From: Mya arenaria
Taxonomy: Eukaryota
DNA length: 64,000 nt
Assembly: GCF_026914265.1 (NCBI RefSeq)
Contig: NC_069127.1
Location: forward strand, 1,617,682 to 1,681,681
Reading direction: 5' to 3'
The stretch's first letter is position 1. Every line of letters begins with the position of its first letter. The notes beneath the pieces were generated by a model that was not told where the DNA came from, made no database searches, and worked only from the letters and a program-made list of their open reading frames with translations. Made by a program: the position numbers and the translations under genes. Positions 29,924 to 40,844 of the stretch are shown in pieces.

Positions 29924-32900
29924 CTGTGGAGAAATGTAGTAGTTACATGGTTAAATACATTTTAACACAAACATCGTTACGCTATTAACACATCTATGGT
30001 TTTAGTAGTATATCTCGTAGTTTGTATCCAAAACTTCATAATATATATCAAATGTGTCGAGTGCTTTACATGTACACTCAAAGTATAAGGTTTTCATGAA
30101 TACTGTTATAGAGAGGTTGGCAAAACTCGAACAAGTTCATCACTACTCTCATATACGGAGCTACTGAATTAGAAAGTACTTGACAATGGCACCTTTTGTC
30201 CCGAGTGTGCATTAAGGTGGACCTCTTGGCGGATGTGATGCCATTTGTGGTGGTGGAAGCGCCAGGCACCCCGCCCAAGCTCGATGCCCGTGGAGGGCGT
30301 GCAGTGCACGTGCATGTAGGAGGCAGTGCTTGAGTGGTCGTACTTGCCGCACCATGTGTCGAAGGACGGTTCTTGGTTATGGGTCACGTACGTGTACACC
30401 TGAAAAGTTGGAACGCGCCATGTTTTAGGTCCTGTGTTTCTGGGACCGGGGCCTTTCTGGATGGTAAGAATGCGTCTTTTTGACTTAATTGGACATTCAA
30501 AATTTGCGTATAAATTAAAAAAATGACTTATAAAGTAGACAGAAAAAAAACCAGGTGGGATAGCCTTTGTTTCTTAAAGAGAACAACAACTCTTCAATTA
30601 CATATAAAAAGAGAATTGGTTGGCCAACTTTTATTCGTCGGTTTCTTTTTTCAAACTTAAGATTGGGAAATTTATTTTTACAGTTGATTTTTTATATATA
30701 TATATTGGCATTAGGAATTCTGCCCCAAATTGCTCAGAACAAGATTGACGTCTTATTCAAATGACAGTTCATCGAAGGACAAGGCTAGTAGCAAACACAA
30801 CCATTTAGTCATTCATGCTGTTCCATGTTCCATCACCTAATATAACATATCACCTCGCCATCCCCTAGCGGCCGCCACATGAGCCGTGTTGAGAAGCAGG
30901 TGTCCTTTATCCGACCGCCTGAGCAGTCACGGGTGCCGCCCCACAGTCCGGGCAGCTTGCCCCCACGATTCCAGCTAAACGAGTCTGGGAAATACACCTG
31001 CAATTGTGAACATATTTATTTACTGGTGGAATGCTTTGATTTACTTTTAAATACATGTACGCTGTTCATGTACATTGATTTTGTTCGAGTCTTTGTTTCA
31101 CAAACCTAAGACCTAAATTGGTAGGATGGAAGAGCCTTGTGTTCGATTAGCGCTTGTTTGAATAACGGTCGATGCGTTCTTGTATATACTTCAGAAAAGC
31201 ATGATAAGTCAGAAGTCACTGGAATACTCGAGTAACAACTAATGTAGTTAATTCTCGTGGATAGCGTTGATAAATACGGTATGTCGTGGTTGGTCGTGTC
31301 GTGGTTGGTCGCGTACTCTTCCCGTTCTCAAGTGTGTGGATGGTGTGGGTATGTCGTGGTTGGTCGCGTACACTTTCCGTACTCGAGTGTGTGGATGGTG
31401 TGGGTATGTCGTGGTTGGTCGCGTACTCTTCCCGTTCTTGAGTGTGTGGATGGTGTGGGTATGTCGTGGTTGGTCGCGTACTCTTCCCGTTCTTGAGTGT
31501 GTGGATGGTGTGGGTATGTCGTTGTTGGTCGCGTACACTTCCCGTTCTTGAGTGTGTGGATGGTGTGGGTATGTCGTGGTTGGTCGCGTACACTTCCCGT
31601 TCTCGAGTGTGTGGATGGTGTGGGTATGTCGTGGTTGGTCGCGTACACTTCCCGTTCTCCAGTGTGTGGATTGTGTGGGTATGTGGTGGTTGGTCGCGTA
31701 CTCTTCCCGTTCTCGAGTGTGTGGATGGTGTGGGTATGTCGTGGTTGGTCGCGTACACTTCCCCTACTCGAGTGTGTGGATGCTGTGGGTTTGTGGTGGT
31801 TGGTCGCGTTCTCTTCACGTAGTCGAGTGTGTGGATTGAGTGGGTATGTCGTGGTTGGTCGCGTACTCTTCCCATTCTCGAGTATGTGGATGGTGTGGGT
31901 ATGTGGTGGTTGGTCGCGTACACTTCCCGTACTCGAGTGTGTGGATGGTGTGGGTATGTCGTGGTTGGTCGCGTACACTTCCCGTACTCGAGTGTGTGGA
32001 TGGTGTGGGTATGTCGTGGTTGGTCGCGTACACTTCCCGTTCTCGAGTGTGTGGATGGTGTGGGTATGTCGTGGTTGGTCGCGTACTCTTCCCGTTCATG
32101 AGTGTGTGGATGGTTCTCGAGTGTGTGTATGGTGTGGGTATGTGGTGGTTGGTCGCGTACACTTCCCGTTCTCGAGTGTGTGGATGGTGTGGGTATGTCG
32201 TGGTTGGTCGCGTACTCTTCCCGTTCTTGAGTGTGTAGATGGTTCTCGAGTGTGTGGATGGTGTGGGTATGTCGAGGTCGGTCGCGTACTCTTCCCGTTC
32301 TCGAGTGTGTGGATGGTGTGGGTATGTCGAGGTCGGTCGCGTACACTTCCCATTCTCGAGTATGTGGATGGTGTGGGTATGTGGTGGTTGGTCGCGTACT
32401 CTTCCCGTTCTTGAGTGTGTGGATGGTTCTCTAGTGTGTGGATGGTGTGGGTATGCCGAGGTCGGTCGCGTACTCTTCCCGTACTCGAGAATGTGGATGG
32501 TGTGGGTATGTCGTGGTTGGTCGCGAACTCTTCCTTTTCTTGAGTGTGTGGATGGTTCTCGAGTGTGTGGATGGTGTGGGTATGTCGAGGTCGGTCGCGT
32601 ACTCTTCCCGTACTCGAGTGTGTGGATGCTGTGTGTATGTCGAGGTCAGTCGCGTACACTTCCCATTCTCGAGTATGTGGATGGTGTGGGTATGTGGTGG
32701 TTGGTCGCGTACCCTTCCCGTTCTTGAGTGTGTGGATGGTTCTCGAGTGTGTGGATGGTGTGGGTATGTCGAGGTCGGTCGCGTACTCTTCCCGTACTCG
32801 AGTGTGTGGATGGTGTGGGTTTGTGGTGGTTGGTCGCGTACACTTCCCGTTTTCGAGTGTGTGGATGGTGTGGGTATGTCGAGGTCGGTCGCGTACTCTT

Positions 32901-34410
32901 CCCGTTCTCGAGTGTGTGGATGGTGTCGGTATGTCGTGGTTGGTCGCGTACACTTCCCGTACTCGAGTGTGTGGATGGTGTGGGTATGTCGTGGTTGGTC
33001 GCGTACTCTTCCCGTTCTCGAGTATGTGGATGGTGTGGGTATGTGGTGGTTGGTCGCGTACACTTCCCGTTCTCGAGTGTGTGGATGGTGTGGGTATGTC
33101 GTGGTTGGTCGCGTACACTTCCCGTACTCGAGTGAGTGGATGGTGTGGGTATGTCGTGGTTGGTCGCGTACTCTTCCCGTTCTCGAGTGTGTTGATGGTG
33201 TGGGTTTGTGGTGGTTGGTCGCGTTCTCTTCACGTAGTCGAGTGTGTGGATGGTGTGGGTTTGTCGTGGTTGGTCGCGTACACTTCCCGTACTCGAGTGT
33301 GTGGATGGTGTGGGTATGTCGTGGTTGGTCGCGTACTCACCTCGTACTTATGCAACTCGTACACGAATGTGAGGAGGGTGTGTCTATATGGTGGTTTGTC
33401 GTATACTTTCTCCGTTATTGTACAGATGGTGTTGTTATGACGTGGTTGGTCGGTTACTCACCTCGTACTCGAGTGTTAGTGTAGTGTAGGTATGTGAAGC
33501 CACGGAACTCGGCGTGCCGTAGAACTGGGCGCCCCTGTGGCGACCGCTCCCGGAGTAACTACCTGAAACATGTGTTATAAGTATTCATTTGTCAAGGAAA
33601 ATATGACTGTTCGTGACCGAGCTGGGTACTTAAAAGTTACTCAACGATACTGATAGCTAAATAGTAACTCTACGAGACAGGCATAACGACGTTGGACATG
33701 TCTCACGTTACATTAACTTTAAGGTGCATTAATTACTTCCATGAATATACCAGTTGCACCGTACCTTTTGCATAAAAGACCCTGAGGACGTACTGTCCGG
33801 AGTGCTCGGGGTCCTCTGCAAGTGTGAGCGAGTCGTCCGCGCCTATGCCAAACTTCCCCTGGGTGTCCGTCATGTGGAAGCCCTGCTGCAGTACGTCTGT
33901 GATGTCTTTGTTCGACGTCTCGTGGCTCCAGCTCCACAGCGTCGTGCCTTGAATGGTGCAGACAGTTGCCGTCAAAACTGGCTAACGTCGATACCCAAAG
34001 CACATGCATTTACGTTTAACATATCGCTTTAAAGTGATAATCGATTAGTGAGTTGTATTGTGGGTTCCCACGATGAAATGTAATCCTTATTGATACCCAT
34101 TCCAAAAAAAAAATACATCATAAAGGCCTCTCGGGTTCGATATGATGCAAACCTCGGCCGAGTGGTCCCAGGTTCGATACATTGCGGACCTCGGTCTACA
34201 AGTCGGACTTGTTTACCAACATCATAGAAACGATGGATACTGGGACAAAACTTCGTTCCACCGCTTGTAATAAACTTCAAACTAAACCACTATTGAATCG
34301 AATAAGTTAAATGCCACCAACACTGCTGGTTGTAACGCCAATAAGACTAGAAACTTACCATGCCCTCCACGCACCAATACAAACAACAGTATAAATTGAA
34401 ACTGCATCAT
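29702..34410 (-). CDS. secreted polysaccharide-lyase-like protein (resembles the PL14 / heparin-lyase-I-like Polysacc_lyase family; tentative), 6 exons, 312 aa
   Basis: The six exon models below sum to 939 nt with every junction in phase. The deduced protein is MMQFQFILLFVLVRGGH|VLTATVCTIQGTTLWSWSHETSNKDITDVLQQGFHMTDTQGKFGIGADDSLTLAEDPEHSGQYVLRVFYAKG|GSYSGSGRHRGAQFYGTPSSVASHTYTTLTLEYE|VYFPDSFSWNRGGKLPGLWGGTRDCSGGRIKDTCFSTRLMWRPLGDGE|VYTYVTHNQEPSFDTWCGKYDHSSTASYMHVHCTPSTGIELGRGAWRFHHHKWHHIRQEVHLNAHSGQK|GYIKLWVDGHAEVHVTDIIMRDNTGFDIDGLFFSTFFGGGDSSWASPHDTYTYFRNFKITTDTMTPSNSQLVG*. It has an N-terminal signal peptide and a C-terminal FFGG motif. The W/G/H-rich core recalls mollusc PL14 alginate lyases and fungal/bacterial heparin-lyase-like proteins. 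The family call is made from memory, not from a search. Confidence 0.6.
30193..30399 (-). CDS. lyase-like gene exon 5
   Basis: Acceptor aacttttcag|GTG, donor CAAAAG|gtgcca. Peptide VYTYVTHNQEPSFDTWCGKYDHSSTASYMHVHCTPSTGIELGRGAWRFHHHKWHHIRQEVHLNAHSGQK. Confidence 0.7.
30854..30997 (-). CDS. lyase-like gene exon 4
   Basis: Acceptor ttcacaattgcag|GTG, donor GGCGAG|gtgata. Peptide VYFPDSFSWNRGGKLPGLWGGTRDCSGGRIKDTCFSTRLMWRPLGDGE. Confidence 0.7.
31280..33470. repeat. 2.2 kb satellite, 55-bp unit (about 40 units), inside intron 3 of the lyase-like gene
   Basis: The unit is ctcgagtgtgtggatggtgtgggtatgtcgtggttggtcgcgtacacttcccgtt. Two subfamilies are present (gtcgtggttggtcgcg versus gtcgaggtcggtcgcg), and some units carry a 22-bp internal duplication. 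It decays towards exon 3 (33462). All ORFs at 31216..33484 on both strands are artefacts. Confidence 0.95.
33462..33562 (-). CDS. lyase-like gene exon 3
   Basis: Acceptor tgtttcag|GT, perfect donor GAG|gtgagt. Peptide GSYSGSGRHRGAQFYGTPSSVASHTYTTLTLEYE. The downstream intron holds the 2.2 kb 55-bp satellite. Confidence 0.65.
33765..33977 (-). CDS. lyase-like gene exon 2
   Basis: Acceptor ttagccag|TT, donor AAAG|gtacgg. Peptide VLTATVCTIQGTTLWSWSHETSNKDITDVLQQGFHMTDTQGKFGIGADDSLTLAEDPEHSGQYVLRVFYAK. Confidence 0.65.
34359..34410 (-). CDS. lyase-like gene exon 1 (signal peptide MMQFQFILLFVLVRGGH)
   Basis: ATGATG start codons at 34410 and 34407, then a hydrophobic core, then a perfect donor G|gtaagt. 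A TATAAAT motif lies about 45 bp upstream on the minus strand at 34455-34461. Confidence 0.65.
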
Positions 34411-34930
34411 CGACAGATGACTTTAATTATGATTCGCCGCTGCAAAATGCTTTAATTTATATCTGAAGGAAAACTAGGCCAGAGAATAGGTGAGAAGTTC
34501 ATACGTAGAAGTACACCGTCTACGGCCCTATGGAAATAGATACGACACTACACTTATAGAATTTCTGAATGCTTAATATATCGCGTCCCTTTCGTCGTAC
34601 ATGTTCATTATTAATAAGTTAGTACCAACAGCCACTAGTTTTTTCTCCTTTAGATTGCGTATAGCAATCATTGGATTAACCAATCAATAATCATTTTTAC
34701 TAACTTTAACCAAACCAAAGAATTAGTCAGTTTTACTCAATTGTGGGTTATGTTATTGAAACAGTTATCAATGGCGGCCCAGAAAAGTGGCGCTTTTATT
34801 GGGACATTCCCTCCCCCTCGATATCCGAAACAAATATCCGGTGCTTTACTTGATACAGTGGTTCGGATCATGGTTCTAGAAAGAACAAGTAATACCAAGA
34901 TACATTGTGTTTGTATCAACAGGTTCTTGT

Positions 34931-35090
34931 GGATGTCTAGAAGTTTGTTAAAGGCCTTCCACAATGCAAAAGTTGTTTGGAGGACCAAAGCAAAAAATGT
35001 CTAAAAATGTGGATGTCTAGAAGTTTTGTAAAGGGTCATCCACAATGCAAAATTTGTTTGGAGGACAAAGCAGAAAAATGTTTAAAAATG
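34931..35090. repeat. roughly 80-bp tandem duplication (2 copies)
   Basis: The copy ggatgtctagaagtttgttaaaggccttccacaatgcaaaagttgtttggaggaccaaagcaaaaaatgtctaaaaatgt is repeated with about 90 percent identity. Confidence 0.85.
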
Positions 35091-36259
35091 TAAAAAAAAA
35101 ATAATAATAATAATTTCGAGGTTCAGTACAAGCCAAACCTATAACCGTTGCAACATGTGTAGCTGTAAAAGAAGTTTAGCAAAATTTACGAAAGATTTCA
35201 TTAGATTTCCAACAATAAAGCCTTTGCAATTTTTAAGAAATGTCTTTATACAAAATGAATGTTTTTGTGTCCAAATAGTCAGTTCTACCCAATCACCAAT
35301 GTTTTGAGGCTTCGCTACTTGGTAGAGAGCTATTTGCATTATTTAACCAGAAAATGATCTTAATCCACTTTTTTACATTATTTTATTGAAAATCTTTCAG
35401 GTTTGGAAAATAATATCAAGAACCTTCAAGACATTCTTGGGTAGGGAGTCTTGGACATTGTGACACAAAACAGTTATTTTGTCGACAGACTTTCCCTAGA
35501 AATTGCAAAATTAATGCTTTTTGTTCCTAGATCTGATCAAATATTCTTACGTAAAACTTGGTCAACCCCTTATTAGCCCAAAATATTTCGCAATTGATGT
35601 TTGGTTTAATGACGAAAAAAATTGTTCATCAAACCATACAAGACATGAATATTTAATACGTTTTAATGTTGGTCTCGCCGACCTACTTTTGCACTATGGA
35701 AAGCCATTAGATATAATATACACATGTATAAAGGACCTATCTCACGAGTGCACGTTAAAACTCAATAAACATTGCATGGCTCTTTGAAATATTTACAGCT
35801 CTATTTATAATGCTGTGAGAGAAAGAAACTGTATATCGAGGCCATTTTTCTCATTGATCAGTAGAACAATTGAATGATAACATGATACATTGTTAACGAT
35901 TGACGGTGTTCTTTGTAGTGCGCATTTAATACATAATAATTTGTAAACACGGAAAAATGGTTAAATTTCAGAATCATTCATGCCATGCTATAATACGCTT
36001 ATCAAGTTTAATAGAAGGATCTCTTAAGTTATATTTGGTGTTCGCACTTATTTGTGGGACAATGAAAATCGTGGAATTACTCCATTTACTATAGCTCCAT
36101 ATTATGTAGAAAAAATGTGACGGTGAATACAATATTTATTTTCATAGAGCATATTTTGTCAGTGTATGTGACTCGGTACAGTCGTTTTTTCATAGATCAC
36201 CCTGCCCTGTTCGCATGTGCGAAAAAACTACGATTGGCAGTTAAGGTCCCGTTTTTCTC

Positions 36260-39200
36260 AATAAGCACCGTTTCCCTTTTCTCCGTTAGCATCGTGTCTC
36301 TATTCTCCGTTAGCACCGTGTCCATTCTCCGTTAGCATCGCGTACCTATTGTCCGTTAGCACAGCACCGTGTCCCTATTGTCCGTAATCACCGTGTCCCT
36401 TTTCTCTGTTAGCACCGTGTCCCTATTGTCCTTAGCAACGTGTCCCTATTGTCCGTTGGCACCGTGCCCCTTTCTCCGTTAGCACCGTGTCCTTATTGTC
36501 CGTTGGCACCGTGACACTATTGTCCGTTAGCACCGTGTTCCTATTGTATGTAGGCACAGTGTCTCTATTGTCCGTTAGCACCATGTCCCTTTCTCTGTTA
36601 GCACCGTGTCCCTATTGTCGGTTGGCACCGTATCTCCATTGTCCGTTAGCACCGTGTTCCTATTGTCCGTAGGCATAGTGTCCCTATTGTCCGTTAGCAC
36701 CGTGTTCCTTTCTCTGTTAGCAACGTGCCCCTATTATCCGTTGGCACAGTGTCTCTATTGTCCGTTGGCACTGGTACCTATTGTCCGTTAGCACGGTGTC
36801 CCTGTTGTCCGATAGCACCGTGTCCCATTCTCCGTCAGCACGGTGTCCCTGTTGTCCGTAAGCACGGTGTCCCTTTCTCCGTTAGTACCGTGTCCCTGTT
36901 GTCCGTTAGCACCGTGTCCCTATTGTCCGTTGGCACCGTGCTGCTATTATCCATTGGAACCGTGCCCCCTATTGTTCGTTGGCACCGTGCCCCCTGTTTT
37001 CCGTTGGCACCGAGCCCCTATTGTACGTAAGAACCGTGTCCCTATTGTCCGTTGGCACTGTTTCCCTATTGTCCTTTAGCACCGTGCCCCTATTGTCCAT
37101 TAGCACCGTGTCCCAATTGTACGTTAGCACCGTGTCTCTATTCTCCGTTAGCACCGTGTTCCTCTTGTACGTTAGCACCGTGTCCCTGTTGTCCGTTAGC
37201 ACCGTGTCCCTGTGTTTCCGTTGGCACCGAGCCCCTATTATCCGTTAACACCGTGTCCCTATTGTCCGTTGGCACCGTGCCGCTATTATCCGTTGGCACC
37301 GAGCCGCTATTATCCGTTTGTACCGTGCCCCTATTGTACGTAAGCACCGTGTCCCTATTGTCCTTTGGCACCGTGACGCTATTATCCGTTGGCGCCGTGC
37401 CCCCTGTTTTCCGTTGGCACCGAGCCCCTATTGTCCGTTGGCTCCGAGACCCTATTGTCCGTTGGCACCGTGCCACTATTATCCGTTGGCACCGAGCCGC
37501 TATTATCCGTTGTCACCGTGCCCCTATTGTCCGTTAGCACCGTGTCCCTATTGTCTTTTGGCACCGTGCCGCTATTATCCGTTGGCACCGTGCCCCCTGT
37601 TTTCCGTTGGCACCGAGCCCCTATTGTCCGTTAGCACCGTGCCGCTATTGTCCGTTGGCACCGTGCCGCTATTGTCCGTTGGCACCGAGCCGCTATTATC
37701 CGTTGGCACCGAGCCGCTATTATCCGTTGTCACCGTGCCCATATTGTCCGTTAGCACCGTGTCCCTATTGTCCTTTGGCACCGTGCCGCTATTATCCGTT
37801 GGCACCGTGTCCCCTGTTTTCCGTTGGCACCGAGCCCCTGTTGTCCGTTAGCACCGTGTCCCTATTGTCCGTTGGCACCATGCCGCTATTATCCGTTGTC
37901 ACCGTGCCCATATTGTCCGTTAGCACCGTGTCCCTATTGTCCTTTGGCACCGTGCCGCTATTATCCCTTGGCACCGTGTCCCCTGTTTTCCGTTGGCACC
38001 GAGCCCCTGTTGTCCGTTAGCACCGTGTCCCTATTGTCCGTTGGCACCATGCCGCTATTATCCGTTGGCACCGAGCCGCTATTATCCGTTGTCACCGTGC
38101 CCCTATTGTACGTTAGCACCGTGTCCCTATTGTCCTTTGGCACCGTGCCGCTATTATCCCTTGGCACCGTGTCCCCTGTTTTCCGTTGGCACCGAGCCCC
38201 TGTTGTCCGTTAGCACCGTGTCCCTATTGTCCGTTGGCACCATGCCGCTATTATCCGTTGGCACCGAGCCGCTATTATCCGTTGTCACCGTGCCCCTATT
38301 GTACGTTAGCACCGTGTCCCTATTGTCCTTTGGCACCGTGCCGTTATTATCCGTTGGCACCGTGCCCCCTGTTTTCCGTTGGCACCGAGCCCCTATTGTC
38401 CGTTAGCACCGTGTCCCTATTGTCCGTTGGCACCGTGCCGCTATTGTCCGTAGGCACCGAGCCGCTATTATCCGTTGGCACCGAGCCGCTATTATCCGTT
38501 GTCACCGTGCCCATATTGTCCGTTAGCACCGTGTCCCTATTGTCCTTTGGCACCGTAACGCTATTATCCGTTGGCACCGTGTCCCCTGTTTTCCGTTGGC
38601 ACCGAGCCCCTGTTGTCCGTTAACACCGTGTCCCTATTGTCCGTTGGCACCGTGCCGCTATTATCCGTTGGCATCGAGCCGCTATTATCCGTCGGCACCG
38701 AGCCGCTATTGTCCGTTGGCAACGTGCCCCCTATTGTCCGTTTGCACCGTGTCCCTATTGTCCTTTGGCACCGTGCCCCCTATTGTCCGTTAGCACCGTG
38801 TCCCTGTTGTCAGTTGGCACTTAGCCCCTATTGTCCGTTAGCATGATGTCCGTTTCTCCGTTAGCACCGTGTCCGTTTCTCCGTTAGCACCGTGCCCCTT
38901 TCTCCGTTGGCACCGTGCCCCTATTGTTCGTTAGCACCGTGTCCCTATTGTCCGTTAGCACCGTGTCCCTATTGTCCGTCGGCACCGTGCCCACTATTGT
39001 TCGTTGGCACCGTGCCCCCTGTTTTCCGTTGGCACCGAGCCCCTGTTGTCCGTTAGAACCGTGTCCCTATTGTCCGTTGGCACTGTGTCCCTATTGTCCT
39101 TTAGCACCGTGCCCTTATTGTCCATTAGTACCGTGTCCCAATTGTCCGTTAGCACCGTGTCTCTATTCTCCGTTAGCACCGTGTTCCTCTTGTCCGTTAG

Positions 39201-40315
39201 CACCGTGTCTCTATTGTCCGTTAGCACCGTGTCCCTATTCTCTGTTAGCACTGTATCCCTATTGTCCGTTGGCACTGTGTCCCTATTGTCCGTTAGCACC
39301 GTGTCCCTATTCTCTGTTAGCACTGTATCCCTATTGTCCGTTGGCACTGTGTCCCTATTGTCCGTTAGCACCGTGTCCCTATTCTCTGTTAGCACCGAAA
39401 GTCTATGTTCGTACGCACCGTGTTCCTATTGTCGGTATGCACAATGTCTCTTTTGTCCGTTAGCACTGTGTCCCTATTTCCGTTAGTACCGTGTCCCTAT
39501 TCCCTGTTAGCACCATGACTCTATTGTCCGTAAGCACCGTGTTCCTATTGTCCGTAGGCACAGTGTCTCTATTGTCCGTTAGCACTGTGTCCCTATTGTT
39601 TGTTAGCACCATTTCCCTATTCTGCGTAAGCACCATGCCCCTCTTATTGGTAAGCACCGTATCCCTATTCTCCGTTAGCACCCTGTCCCTTTTTTCCGTT
39701 CGCACCATATCCCTTTTTCTGTTAGCACCCTGTCCCTTTTTCCGCTAGCACCCTGTCCCTTTTTTCCGTTAGCACCCTGTCACTTTTTTCCGTTAGCACC
39801 CTGTCCCTTTTTTCCGTTAGCACCCTGTCGCTTTTTTCCGTTAGCACCCTGTCCCTTTTTTCTGTTAGCACCCTGTCCCTTTTTTCTGTTAGCACCCTGT
39901 TCCTTTTTTCCATTAGCACCCTGTCCCTTTTATCGTTAGCACCGTGTCGCTTTTTCCATTAGCACTGTGTCTCTTCTCTGTTAGCACCGTGTCCCTATTG
40001 TCTGTTAGCACTGTGTTCCTATTATCCGTTAGCACCGCGTCCCTATTGTCCTTTAGCACCGTTTCCCTATTCTCCGTTAGCACCGTGCCCCTCTTGTTTG
40101 TTAGCACTGTATCCCTATTCTCCGTTACACCCTGTCCCTTTTTTCTGTTCGCACCATATCCCCTTTTCCGTTAGCACCCTGTCACTTTTTTCTGTTAGCA
40201 CCCTGTCCCTTTTTTCCGTTAGCACCGTGTCCCTTTTTTCCGTTAGCACCGTGTCCCTTTTTTCGTTAGCACAATGTCTCTTCTCTGTTAGCACCGTTTC
40301 CCTATTCTGCAGCAC
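36260..40315. repeat. roughly 4 kb satellite of 24-bp units (ccgttagcaccgtgtccctattgt) with a 193-bp (8-unit) higher-order repeat in its centre
   Basis: There are more than 160 units. In the central block (37300-38650) the units alternate among ccgttggcaccgtgccgctattat, ccgttggcaccgagcccctgttgt and ccgttagcaccgtgtccctattgt, giving a 193-bp periodicity that is visible in the ORF-track spacing. The distal part (39700-40310) shifts to 25-bp ccgttagcaccctgtcccttttttc units. All ORFs inside are artefacts. Confidence 0.95.
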
Positions 40316-40844
40316 CCCATCCATTATGAAACCTGTTTTAAACCCTAAACATGTACTTTCATTGGCTATCCTAGATGGCATGATTAGAATTTCATACATT
40401 ACACACAAACATACAGGAAATACATATACACGCCCGCAAATATGCACACAAACACGCACACACACGCGTATTTGTCTAGTTAATCTCACATCAAAACAGA
40501 GCCATGACAAAGTTTAGATTTGCAAGTAAAAATATTGTTTGTTTTAGCATTTTTTATTTTCTAGGCATTAAATAAACATTCCTACAATATATAAATAAAC
40601 ATAAATGTGGGGTACATGAGCTTTTTCTATTGTTTGTAAATGAAAGCATGTATATGGAGCATAGCACAATTATTGTATGTGTATAACATTTCAAACCTAA
40701 AGCAGAGTTCAACAGGGAAACTACATATAAAAAAATACAAGAAAACTTGGTACCAACATGTTCCATGTACAAGAAAACCGTGTAACTAATACTCGAAACA
40801 TGTACGTACATCTATAATTAACTAGAGACTGCTTTTTTGAAAAA

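Noticed and set aside
31216-33484. A stack of long ORFs on both strands (up to 376 aa; HTHTIHTLEN... and VCGWCGYVVVGRV...)
   Set aside because: All lie within the 55-bp satellite. Their frames are open only because the unit lacks stop codons, and they share no start or stop context or splice logic. The region is intronic to the lyase-like gene.
34130-34250. tRNA-like fragments (gggttcgata ... caggttcgatac) upstream of the lyase-like gene
   Set aside because: Two degenerate roughly 45-bp direct repeats with T-loop-like motifs only. There is no acceptor or anticodon arm, so they are probably a decayed SINE fragment. This is too weak to call.
27400-40315. Tandem repeat blocks considered as possible CRISPR arrays
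   Set aside because: The units are contiguous with no unique spacers. The context is eukaryotic with spliced genes, and there are no cas genes.
36487-40517. Numerous Pro/Cys/Leu-rich (plus strand) and Asp/Thr/Asn-rich (minus strand) ORFs of 60-180 aa
   Set aside because: They are artefacts of the 24-bp satellite, with period-8 peptide repeats matching the 193-bp higher-order repeat.
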